A stretch of 64,000 nucleotides of DNA from a virus. Shown here piece by piece: positions 1 through 7,418 of this stretch. Numbering within the stretch: position 1 is the stretch's first letter; every line of letters starts with the position of its first letter. Location of the stretch: IMG/VR virus record IMGVR_UViG_3300008266_000015; one strand, written 5' to 3'. Position numbers and translations under genes: made by a program. Below the pieces are notes generated by a model, which worked only from the letters and a program-made list of their open reading frames with translations, was not told the DNA's origin and ran no database searches.

Positions 1-1
1 A

Positions 2-97
2 AAAGCAATTCAGAGTCCAGTTATTTTAATTCCAACTTGGTTTATTACCATTTATTATGTTGGATTAGTATTAAGTATTATTTTTACTCAAAGTTAG
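2..97 (+). CDS. 3' end of small membrane protein (partial)
   Basis: Frame-2 read KAIQSPVILIPTWFITIYYVGLVLSIIFTQS*; hydrophobic; its TAG stop (95-97) is the start of the next promoter motif. Confidence 0.55.
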   Translation, partial: KAIQSPVILIPTWFITIYYVGLVLSIIFTQS

Positions 98-130
98 GAT
101 TCCAGAATTTTAGTTCGTATATTAATTAAA

Positions 131-345
131 TAAGTAACCGGCCCCAGTAACGGGGGATAAGTTAAAGTGAAAAGGACGGTTCAAACAGGGGAGCCATTTA
201 GGGACAAGAGGATGAAATAAGCCCGCCCTCGGCTCACCCGATTTAAAGGTGGACATAATAGCCACCACGCGAAGGCCGGCCAACTCATAGAGTCGTCGAG
301 CCACTTAAACCATGGAGGTCCACAACGTTGGGCCTCCATTTATTT
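131..345 (+). ncRNA. Candidate structured non-coding RNA
   Basis: GC-rich island between the promoter at 95-123 and the terminator at 312-345; no + strand ORF; several complementary segments. Confidence 0.5.
312..345 (+). terminator. Intrinsic terminator-like hairpin
   Basis: ATGGAGGTCC-loop-GGGCCTCCAT followed by TTATTT. Confidence 0.65.
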
Positions 346-400
346 ATTAGGATTACACGTTTTATAATTGTATATTTAATTAACCTAAAAAATTAAAAAT

Positions 401-664
401 ATGAAAACTAAAATAAATTGCTTCGGTCAAACAATTAAGATTAATTCCCAACAAGAACTAGTTGAGTTTCTGACTAATAATCCATTCAAAACAGAGAAAC
501 AAATATGTGCTGAACTATGGAATTCAGAACGAGAAAAAAAACATGCCGACCTGATTAGACGTGCTTTATTTAAGGGTACAATTGGTAGGGTTAGAGTTAA
601 AACAGGAACTAGAAATAGAATTCATTACTATGTTTCGTCTGAGAGACAAACATATAATTTTTAA
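401..664 (+). CDS. Small early protein, possible winged-helix DNA-binding protein
   Basis: Own promoter at 348; A-rich start; TEKQICAELW...IRRALFKGTIGR resembles wHTH. Confidence 0.65.
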   Translation: MKTKINCFGQTIKINSQQELVEFLTNNPFKTEKQICAELWNSEREKKHADLIRRALFKGTIGRVRVKTGTRNRIHYYVSSERQTYNF

Positions 665-722
665 AAATAATAGGATTACATATTAAATAACTGTATATTC
701 AAGTAACTTAAAAAACATAAAT

Positions 723-896
723 ATGAAAAAGATAGTTTTAATGATTATGACTGCATTGATGATATCTGCGGTTGCGAACGCAAATACAACAGATAGAAAC
801 AAGAAAAGAAAGAAACATAAAACACATAAAAGCAGCCATCATGGTTGGAAAAATGTTTCAATAGGGCGAACATGTAATAAGAAAAAACGTCATTAA
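723..896 (+). CDS. Unannotated 57-aa secreted cationic peptide
   Basis: MKKIVLMIMTALMISAVANA|NTTDRNKKRKKHKTHKSSHHGWKNVSIGRTCNKKKRH; signal peptide with A-N-A site; promoter at 671, terminator at 921. Confidence 0.75.
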   Translation: MKKIVLMIMTALMISAVANANTTDRNKKRKKHKTHKSSHHGWKNVSIGRTCNKKKRH

Positions 897-920
897 GATT
901 ATTTATTAGTAGTAGTTTAT

Positions 921-958
921 TAATGGGGCGGATGCTTAAGTCCGCCCATTATTATTTT
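921..958 (+). terminator. Intrinsic terminator-like hairpin
   Basis: AATGGGGCGGA-loop-TCCGCCCATT then T-rich tail. Confidence 0.6.
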
Positions 959-1139
959 CAGTTACAATATTAGGATTACAAGTTATATAGTTGTATATTT
1001 AAGTATAAGAAAAATAAATAATTCGTTCTTTAAATAAAAATAAGTAAAATAAATTAATTAGGATTACAAGATATACAGTTGTATATTTAAAACATAATAA
1101 AAATAAATAATTAAAAACTAAAAACAAAAAATAAAGGTT

Positions 1140-1478
1140 ATGAAAAACGAAAATCAAAACATCGAAACAAAACAATTAGGTAGACCTGTTAATCCGAATT
1201 CAGTTCGTCAACAACGATTAGCAGAGTTAGAAGCAAAACGTAATAACGGAGAGTTAAAACGAGGACGTCCGGTAAACGGGACATCAGTACGTCAAGCTAG
1301 ATTAGCTGAGTTAGCAGCGAAAGCTGAATTAAACGGAGGCGTTATTAAAAGAGGTCGTCCCTCAAATGGCGAATCAGAACGTCAAAAACGATTAGCTGAG
1401 CGTGCTGCTAAAGCAGCGAGTGGAATTGAAATTAAACGCGGTCGACCAGCAATGGTTAAAGCAGAAGTTAGTAAGTAA
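1140..1478 (+). CDS. AT-hook repeat DNA-binding protein
   Basis: Four (KR)GRP motifs in ~29-aa repeats GRPxNxxSxRQxRLAE; two tandem promoters upstream. Confidence 0.8.
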   Translation: MKNENQNIETKQLGRPVNPNSVRQQRLAELEAKRNNGELKRGRPVNGTSVRQARLAELAAKAELNGGVIKRGRPSNGESERQKRLAERAAKAASGIEIKRGRPAMVKAEVSK

Positions 1479-1496
1479 GTTGTGTATGTTTTAAGT

Positions 1497-1530
1497 AATA
1501 GGGTAGTCCGTTAGGACTACCTTATTTTAT
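1497..1530 (+). terminator. Terminator hairpin overlapping the next promoter
   Basis: AATAGGGTAGTCC-GTTA-GGACTACCTTATT; TAGG at 1512 lies in the loop and 3' arm. Confidence 0.7.
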
Positions 1531-1587
1531 CTCATATATTTAAATATAATAAAAAAAGATAATTTAAACTTTTAAAAACTTAAAACT

Positions 1588-1836
1588 ATGATGAACTGGA
1601 CAGAATTAAGACCTAAATTAAGAGCTGAGTTTAAAGATAATTTTACTTTTTATAATGATACTTATAAAAGTGGAAATAAGAGAGTGAAAATATGTTGTAA
1701 TGTATTAGATGCGAATGTAGTAAAAGCATTTATTTTAGAACAAGATTCTGAATTAGATGTAAAAATCGAAACATTATACCCCCCGTTTATTAGTGTAGGA
1801 ATTGATTATGTAATGATTAGATATAACAAGATATAA
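1588..1836 (+). CDS. Small early hypothetical protein
   Basis: ORF with own promoter (1512). Confidence 0.7.
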   Translation: MMNWTELRPKLRAEFKDNFTFYNDTYKSGNKRVKICCNVLDANVVKAFILEQDSELDVKIETLYPPFISVGIDYVMIRYNKI

Positions 1837-1847
1837 ATTAGTTAAAT

Positions 1848-1875
1848 GGGTAGGTCATTAGGCCTACCCTATTAT
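1848..1875 (+). terminator. Hairpin overlapping the next promoter
   Basis: GGGTAGGTC-ATTA-GGCCTACCC; TAGG at 1859. Confidence 0.6.
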
Positions 1876-1911
1876 ATTTAGTATATTTAATTAACTTAAA
1901 AAACGAAACAT

Positions 1912-2094
1912 ATGAAATCAAAGCAAATATTATTAAACATGTTAGCCGTTGTTATAACGTTTGAATACATTGGAGTAACCGCAGCATGTGTTATGTACCC
2001 GAGCTGGGGAGCATTGGTAATGAATATTGCTTGTGCTGTAGCATGTGTTGTAACTGTACATAATGCCCATTTCTATAAATACCAAACGCGTTAG
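1912..2094 (+). CDS. Small two-TM membrane protein
   Basis: Two hydrophobic segments; promoter at 1859. Confidence 0.7.
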   Translation: MKSKQILLNMLAVVITFEYIGVTAACVMYPSWGALVMNIACAVACVVTVHNAHFYKYQTR

Positions 2095-2145
2095 GACTAC
2101 ACATTAGTATATTGTATATTCAATCAACCAATAAAACATAAACAT

Positions 2146-2340
2146 ATGAGTACTCAAATTACATTCCCTAAACCATTTCAGTGGTTCATTAAAATAGGAA
2201 TATCAATAGCTGGTATAGTGGGTTTAATAAATGTGGAGATTGCCTCACATAAGAGTGGATGTGAGTTTTTCATAATGGTGGGTATTGAATTGGTTACCTT
2301 ATGTTATGGCTTGTGGCTTACTAGATTTATCGATGAATAG
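2146..2340 (+). CDS. Small two-TM membrane protein
   Basis: Two hydrophobic segments; promoter at 2092. Confidence 0.7.
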   Translation: MSTQITFPKPFQWFIKIGISIAGIVGLINVEIASHKSGCEFFIMVGIELVTLCYGLWLTRFIDE

Positions 2341-2392
2341 GACTACATAGTATATGCTCGTATATTAAATTAACTTAAAAAACGTAAAATAT

Positions 2393-2698
2393 ATGAAAAT
2401 CGAATTAAGAAAATTAAACGTACTCGAGTATTTACAATTTGAACGCGATGAACGTATTCCTGAGTTAATCGAATCGTATGATGGCGATGTAGAATATGTC
2501 ATTAATGAGATATGGGGTCCATTAACTACAGTATTGGACGGGAAAACAGATAATGACTTAATGGACATTATTAATTCCATCATGGATAAAGATACGTATG
2601 AGGACGAGTTTAATGCGTTTAAATTACATATAGGATCCGACGATATAGAAGAGATAGACTGCTGGCTTGTATGGGAAATGATTTGTAACCCATTATAA
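2393..2698 (+). CDS. Small acidic early protein (possible DNA mimic)
   Basis: Very D/E-rich 101 aa; promoter at 2338. Confidence 0.7.
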   Translation: MKIELRKLNVLEYLQFERDERIPELIESYDGDVEYVINEIWGPLTTVLDGKTDNDLMDIINSIMDKDTYEDEFNAFKLHIGSDDIEEIDCWLVWEMICNPL

Positions 2699-2712
2699 GA
2701 TTTACTTATATA

Positions 2713-2978
2713 TGCGTACGTACGTATGCAATTATAAATACTGGCCCATGCGCGCCGTCGTCCATATAGCGGGCGGGCGCGTCGGGACAGGATATGCCAC
2801 CAATTCCCACATCTTATACAACTTTTACGCCTCGACTTGTATATACGTATATACATATATACCCATAAACATATCTAAATTTTCAAACTAACCCTTTTTG
2901 CCAAACCTTAAAAGGAACGCACCCAACCAAAAAAACGATCTTTTCATTATCGACAAAGTATATACGTATATTTATAAT
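2713..2978. other. Palindrome/hairpin-rich non-coding element
   Basis: Perfect 18-bp palindrome TGTATATACGTATATACA (2838-2855); near-palindrome at 2713-2730; GC-rich hairpin at 2746-2787; further TATACGTATA at 2961-2970. Confidence 0.6.
2969..2976 (+). promoter_or_regulatory. Late promoter motif TATTTATA
   Basis: Recurrent motif upstream of structural genes. Confidence 0.65.
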
Positions 2979-2992
2979 AAACCATTTATCTA

Positions 2993-3610
2993 ATGAATTT
3001 AACAGAGATCTACATTAACGTATTTTTTGAGAATTTTTTTAAAGAACTACAAGAAGAATACCCATTAAATGAGGAATCAAATCCAGCTCTTCAAGAATTG
3101 CTCACTAAAGCAAACGAGCTTGTTTTTAAAAAGTTTGGTATCAATCCAAGTAATAAAGTTTATTTTATAGCAGGTTCGGCAGCCCTATATCTTTTCCCAG
3201 TTTTAAGAGACAAATTGGATTTACGTAGTACAGTAGGTGATTTAGATATTATTATTCCAGAAGCTAAATATTGGAAACAAGCAGGTCTCGAGGGACAAAC
3301 CATCTATCGTCCTAAAGAAGACAAGCGTATTGAGGTGTTTACTGAGTGGGATCCTGCTAAAGCAGGGGGTGATTATGAAAATATAAAAGTAAGAAGTACC
3401 TCAGATATTCTAAAAGATTCATTTCAATCTCAAGGCTATTGGTTCATGAGTTTAATAGATATTTTTGATTATAAAATGAAGTTAGGTCGTCCTAAAGAAA
3501 AGGATATTCTTGATAAAATTAAAGCATATCAAGACGGAACTATTACCGATAAAATTAGTTTATTAAGACAATTACTTTCTTATTATAAAAAAGAAGATAT
3601 TAAAAACTAG
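2993..3610 (+). CDS. Pol-beta-superfamily nucleotidyltransferase-like protein with N-terminal head-targeting-like peptide
   Basis: FIAGSAALYL...VGDLDIII (GS...DxD) motif; N-terminus MNLTEIY...PLNEE. Confidence 0.65.
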   Translation: MNLTEIYINVFFENFFKELQEEYPLNEESNPALQELLTKANELVFKKFGINPSNKVYFIAGSAALYLFPVLRDKLDLRSTVGDLDIIIPEAKYWKQAGLEGQTIYRPKEDKRIEVFTEWDPAKAGGDYENIKVRSTSDILKDSFQSQGYWFMSLIDIFDYKMKLGRPKEKDILDKIKAYQDGTITDKISLLRQLLSYYKKEDIKN

Positions 3611-3637
3611 GATTTCAAAATTTCATTTTATATATTC
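3608..3637 (+). promoter_or_regulatory. Early-type promoter
   Basis: TAGG-N19-TATATTC; the TAG is the upstream stop codon. Confidence 0.75.
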
Positions 3638-3650
3638 CAGAAAAAAATAT

Positions 3651-3809
3651 ATGAAAAATTTTATAAAAATAATCCTTGTAATTATTATGTATTACCTTAT
3701 TGGTAGTTTTATTGCTTGGGACCTTGACATAGCCAATTGGAGTTGGGTAGGTAGAGTATTCTATATTATATTTAGTATTTGGGGGATATCTAAAGTAACA
3801 GAAGATTAA
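3651..3809 (+). CDS. Unannotated 52-aa two-TM membrane protein
   Basis: MKNFIKIILVIIMYYLIGSFIAWDLDIANWSWVGRVFYIIFSIWGISKVTED; follows promoter 3608. Confidence 0.7.
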   Translation: MKNFIKIILVIIMYYLIGSFIAWDLDIANWSWVGRVFYIIFSIWGISKVTED

Positions 3810-3835
3810 TATATACATATATACGTAGGAAGGTT

Positions 3836-4342
3836 ATGAATGGTAGGACATTATGGGTTAAAGAGGAAATTCTTGAGAGAGTTTCCTCCATTGTTGGGTA
3901 TTTTAATAATACTTATTCACCAAATGATCAAGTTTTATTTGCTCCTGTTTTACAAGGGGCAATTCCTTTTTTCTCAGATATTGCTAAAGGAGTTACATTT
4001 GATCCTTTTATTGAATATATTGGTATTAGTTCATATAAAGGTGAACAACAGAAAGAATTCAATCTATATCGTATGATTGATACCAAATATATTTCGGGTA
4101 AAATAGTATGGTTATTTGATGATATTGCTGATTCAGGAAATACGTTAAATTATTTATCTAAGTTGTTATACCAACGGGGAGCACAAGATGTAAAGACATG
4201 TGTGTTAATTAAAAAACAGCATTGTAAATGTAATATTGATCAATTTGGATTTGAAATGGGTGATGGTTGGTTATGGGGTTATGGTATGGATTCACCAAAT
4301 GGAAAAGGACGCTCATTAAATAATATATATTGTAAATTATGA
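3836..4342 (+). CDS. hpt: Hypoxanthine/guanine phosphoribosyltransferase
   Basis: VLQGAIPF, ISSY, LFDDIADSGNTL PRPP-binding loop, WGYGMD. Confidence 0.9.
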   Translation: MNGRTLWVKEEILERVSSIVGYFNNTYSPNDQVLFAPVLQGAIPFFSDIAKGVTFDPFIEYIGISSYKGEQQKEFNLYRMIDTKYISGKIVWLFDDIADSGNTLNYLSKLLYQRGAQDVKTCVLIKKQHCKCNIDQFGFEMGDGWLWGYGMDSPNGKGRSLNNIYCKL

Positions 4343-4827
4343 AAAAAATCCCTTCAATTAAATCTATTTCGCTTGAGGAAGCAGAACAATATATTTCTCA
4401 AGATGAGGATGTGCAAAATTCTTCTATTTATTATTTTACATTAACCCCACAAGAACCACCTCCGGGTGTTGATGGGAGTTGGGATGTAACTTATTATACT
4501 AGAAGACCAAAAAAGACTGTTCCAACTGATGGAATGGGGGATGATATTATTTATGTTTTATCAAATCCCTCAATTCCTGGTTTATTAAAAATAGGATACA
4601 CACGTAAGGAAATTGGTATCCGAATTAAGGATCTTTCTAAAGCAACAGGAGTTCCAACACCATTTAAATTGGAGTACGTGTTCAGATGTTATAATGGACT
4701 ACAGCTTGAGAGTGATATACACAAGCATTTAAAAGATTTTAGACCGAACAATTATCGCGAATTTTTTGATGTAACATTAAATCAAGCTATAGAAGCTGTC
4801 AAACATTTAGGAGAAAGTTATATTTAA
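4339..4827 (+). CDS. T5orf172-type GIY-YIG domain protein
   Basis: IYVLSNPSIPGLLKIGYT...R...ATGVPTPF...E...H...REFF. Confidence 0.85.
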   Translation: MKKIPSIKSISLEEAEQYISQDEDVQNSSIYYFTLTPQEPPPGVDGSWDVTYYTRRPKKTVPTDGMGDDIIYVLSNPSIPGLLKIGYTRKEIGIRIKDLSKATGVPTPFKLEYVFRCYNGLQLESDIHKHLKDFRPNNYREFFDVTLNQAIEAVKHLGESYI

Positions 4828-4828
4828 C

Positions 4829-4858
4829 TTGGGATATTGAATATTTATTATTATATTA
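4829..4858 (+). promoter_or_regulatory. Early-type promoter
   Basis: TTGG-N19-TATATTA. Confidence 0.6.
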
Positions 4859-4883
4859 AAATTAAAACAAATTAAAATTTATT

Positions 4884-5048
4884 ATGAAACAATTTATTAT
4901 TCTAGCTGCACTAATTACACTTTTAACTGCATGTGGTGGAACCAAAACCGAAACTATTTCTGTAACTGATTCTGTTACTATTGATACGGTTACTGTTGAT
5001 ACTACTATTATTGTTAAAGATTCAGTTAAAACTGATACTATAAAGTAA
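4884..5048 (+). CDS. Unannotated 54-aa lipoprotein rich in D-S/T-x sequons
   Basis: MKQFIILAALITLLTA-C-GGTKTETISVTDSVTIDTVTVDTTIIVKDSVKTDTIK; lipobox LTAC. Confidence 0.8.
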   Translation: MKQFIILAALITLLTACGGTKTETISVTDSVTIDTVTVDTTIIVKDSVKTDTIK

Positions 5049-5071
5049 TTAGTATACTAGTGTTTGATTTG

Positions 5072-5119
5072 AATTGCTTCATATTTATGGGAAACCATAT
5101 ATGAGGCAATTTTTGTTTT
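5072..5119 (+). terminator. Intrinsic terminator
   Basis: AATTGCTTCATAT..ATGG-GAAA-CCAT..ATGAGGCAATT followed by T-tract. Confidence 0.65.
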
Positions 5120-5135
5120 AAAATAATTAAGTAAA

Positions 5136-5642
5136 ATGTTTTTCAAAAATAAATTAACTTTAATTGATAAATCTATTAATTTAGTAGGTTATTTATTTAA
5201 AACGCTTTTTGATATTTTTAAAATGAATATAAATAACATATTTAACTTATTTAGCGATCAACCTCAAGATGATGAAAATGAATTATTAATAGATTTTTCA
5301 GAACATCCTTTTTATTGGATTGGAGGGTTTAATAAAATAATTTCTAATCATTCTTATTTTAAACAATATGCTGTTAAAATGTTTAAGGATGCTTCTCCAA
5401 GTTTAGATGAGGATGAAGTTGAACGAGCTGGGAACCATATAATGTTTGAAAAAGCTTGGGAGTATATAAAAGATATAAAATTAAATAACCAATTTCATAT
5501 TGAGTGTTTAAGGAAAAAAGCATCTTTTGGGTTTTGTAAAAACTTAGAGTATGCAGTACAACATTTTGAACAATTTGAAGAATATGAAAAATGTGCCTTA
5601 CTTAAAGGTATTGAAATTAAAGTTAAAGAATTTTTAAAGTAA
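5136..5642 (+). CDS. Hypothetical protein with C-terminal UVR-like motif (start may be 5223)
   Basis: FEQFEEYEKCALLK resembles the UvrB/C interaction motif. Confidence 0.65.
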   Translation: MFFKNKLTLIDKSINLVGYLFKTLFDIFKMNINNIFNLFSDQPQDDENELLIDFSEHPFYWIGGFNKIISNHSYFKQYAVKMFKDASPSLDEDEVERAGNHIMFEKAWEYIKDIKLNNQFHIECLRKKASFGFCKNLEYAVQHFEQFEEYEKCALLKGIEIKVKEFLK

Positions 5643-5644
5643 AC

Positions 5645-5674
5645 TTGATTGCTTATTCTTTTACCCGTATATTA
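5645..5674 (+). promoter_or_regulatory. Early-type promoter variant
   Basis: TTGA-N19-TATATTA; overlaps hairpin ACCCGTA...TACGGGT. Confidence 0.45.
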
Positions 5675-5722
5675 AAATTACGGGTTTTAAAAAACAGAAT
5701 AAGTAATTAAAGGAGATGGGGA

Positions 5723-6247
5723 TTAGTTATGAGTGGGATATTGGGAGAGTAGACGGGGGAAATATGTTTTATCTTTGATTGGAAAAACATATTTATTTTC
5801 TGTTACATAATTGTGGATCTTAATAGAATCTAAAGGATAAGTTTTAAGTAAAGCAGTTTGATATTTAGATATACTGAATATGGCTAGTATTTTGCAGCTC
5901 ATTCTTTTAGTACTTCCTATTATAATAGGTTGTTGTGTTTTAGGATATAATGTTATTATGGTAGAATCTGAGCAGTATGTTTCTAATGGTTCTCCTTTTT
6001 TAAATAAAATAGTATGAGACATTTTGTCTTTATAATATAATTTTATATTCTTTACAAATTCAAACCCACGTATATCTATATTTTCAACTATTGGTTGGAT
6101 TATAAAAACAGAATCATTATCCAGTACTAATGGAAAAGGCTGAGGAAGATCATTTTTGGTTTTTTTTATACTATCATCTATAGTTGTTAGATTCATAAAT
6201 AATCCAAAACATATTATTACCAGAAAAGTTGAGATGGAGAATTTCAT
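5723..6247 (-). CDS. Membrane-anchored/secreted hypothetical protein
   Basis: N-terminal hydrophobic helix; the only credible minus-strand gene; late motif on the minus strand upstream. Confidence 0.7.
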   Translation of the reverse strand: MKFSISTFLVIICFGLFMNLTTIDDSIKKTKNDLPQPFPLVLDNDSVFIIQPIVENIDIRGFEFVKNIKLYYKDKMSHTILFKKGEPLETYCSDSTIITLYPKTQQPIIIGSTKRMSCKILAIFSISKYQTALLKTYPLDSIKIHNYVTENKYVFPIKDKTYFPRLLSQYPTHN

Positions 6248-6264
6248 GTATTGATGTGTTTAAA

Positions 6265-6272
6265 TATAAATA
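6265..6272 (-). promoter_or_regulatory. Late promoter motif TATTTATA (minus strand)
   Basis: Lies 18 nt upstream of the minus-strand ATG at 6247. Confidence 0.6.
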
Positions 6273-6292
6273 TAAGATCTTTTATTTTTAAC

Positions 6293-6322
6293 TTGGAATC
6301 CAAAAAATTATTTTATATATTA
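6293..6322 (+). promoter_or_regulatory. Early-type promoter
   Basis: TTGG-N19-TATATTA. Confidence 0.7.
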
Positions 6323-6348
6323 TTTCCTAAATAAAAATTTTATATATT

Positions 6349-6543
6349 ATGAGAAATAGAGAATCAGTATTACGCAAACTAGATAGTTTGGAGTCTAATA
6401 CTAACAAATTAGTTATGGCCTTAAATCAAGGTAACCGTGAATTATGTTATGAAGTTATTGAAGAATTCAGATCTCAAATTGAACAACTTAAAATGTATGT
6501 TGAATCTGAACCTATTTCAGGTAGTGAATTAAATCGAATCTAA
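6349..6543 (+). CDS. Small coiled-coil hypothetical protein
   Basis: ORF behind promoter 6293. Confidence 0.7.
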   Translation: MRNRESVLRKLDSLESNTNKLVMALNQGNRELCYEVIEEFRSQIEQLKMYVESEPISGSELNRI

Positions 6544-6559
6544 TTTAAAAATAAAAGTT

Positions 6560-7351
6560 ATGAAATTAACAGCCGAACAAATCCAAGATAATTGGGATAA
6601 ATTATTATCCAGAATTGATGCCTATATTACTGAGCCTCGTCGTTCAAATTTAAAAGCATTCTATGAAAAATACTCAGAACGTCTAATGTTGATGCCTGCT
6701 GCTCACAAGAAAGAATACCATAATGCATTCCCAGGAGGATATGTAGACCATGTTCTTCGTGTAATTGATTGTGCTCTTAAATTAAATAATATTTGGGTTG
6801 AAATGGGAGTAGATGATACTACATATACTATTGAAGAATTAGTATTTTCAGCATTAAACCATGATTTAGGTAAAATAGGAGATGAAGAAAATGAATCTTA
6901 TATCCCACAAACTGATCAATGGCGTAGAGATAAATTAGGTGAAGATTATATGTTTAATACTAAAGTACAATTTGCCTCAGTACCAGATCGTGGTTTATTT
7001 TTACTTCAATCTCATGGTATTCCTTATACATTTAATGAAATGATTGCAATCCAAACCCATGATGGATTATATGATGAAGGTAACAAAAAATATTTAATGA
7101 CATTCATGCCAGAACAAAGACCACGTACTTCATTACCATATATTGTACATCAAGCTGATTTAATGGCTGCAAGAATTGAATTTGAAAAAGAATGGTTACC
7201 AAAATTTAAAAGTAACTTGGCTCCAACAAAAAATAATTATACATTGACTGGCAAGCAGCCAGTTAACAAAGCTTCTATTAAAACTAAAGCCTTAGGTAAT
7301 ATTCAAAGTGAAGGTTTAAAAAATGTAATGAATGATTTTTTTAAAGCTTAA
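6560..7351 (+). CDS. HD-domain phosphohydrolase (YhaM-like)
   Basis: YHNAFPGGYVDH...HDLGK...HDG...HQAD. Confidence 0.85.
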   Translation: MKLTAEQIQDNWDKLLSRIDAYITEPRRSNLKAFYEKYSERLMLMPAAHKKEYHNAFPGGYVDHVLRVIDCALKLNNIWVEMGVDDTTYTIEELVFSALNHDLGKIGDEENESYIPQTDQWRRDKLGEDYMFNTKVQFASVPDRGLFLLQSHGIPYTFNEMIAIQTHDGLYDEGNKKYLMTFMPEQRPRTSLPYIVHQADLMAARIEFEKEWLPKFKSNLAPTKNNYTLTGKQPVNKASIKTKALGNIQSEGLKNVMNDFFKA

Positions 7352-7376
7352 GTTAATTTTTTAATTTTTTAACATT

Positions 7377-7407
7377 AAAGGTTGTGATTAAGTTCATAAC
7401 CTTTTTT
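7377..7407 (+). terminator. Terminator-like hairpin
   Basis: AAAGGTTGTGA-loop-TCATAACCTTT plus T-run. Confidence 0.55.
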
Positions 7408-7418
7408 AATTTAACAAC

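Larger units (their letters stand above)
95..2367 (+). repeat. Array of nine early promoter repeats TAGG-N19-TATATT (consensus TAGGAYTACA-N10-TTGTATATT)
   Basis: Copies start at 95, 348, 671, 971, 1059, 1512, 1859, 2092 and 2338, with an invariant 19-nt spacer; each precedes a small ORF or the candidate ncRNA (971 and 1059 are tandem). Confidence 0.9.

Noticed and set aside
122-304. Minus-strand 60-aa ORF
   Set aside because: Non-ATG start, atypical composition, and antisense to a + strand promoter/terminator unit.
95-2367. CRISPR array or integron attC array
   Set aside because: Repeats are bipartite with a variable 19-nt core and are separated by whole genes; no cas or integrase genes and no attC-like palindromes; promoter geometry explains them.
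2365-2856. Minus-strand 163-aa ORF
   Set aside because: Shadow of 2393-2698 plus palindromic non-coding DNA; implausible protein.
3615-4076. ORFs 3615-3818(-) and 3840-4076(+)
   Set aside because: They overlap the better-supported 3651-3809 membrane protein and hpt.
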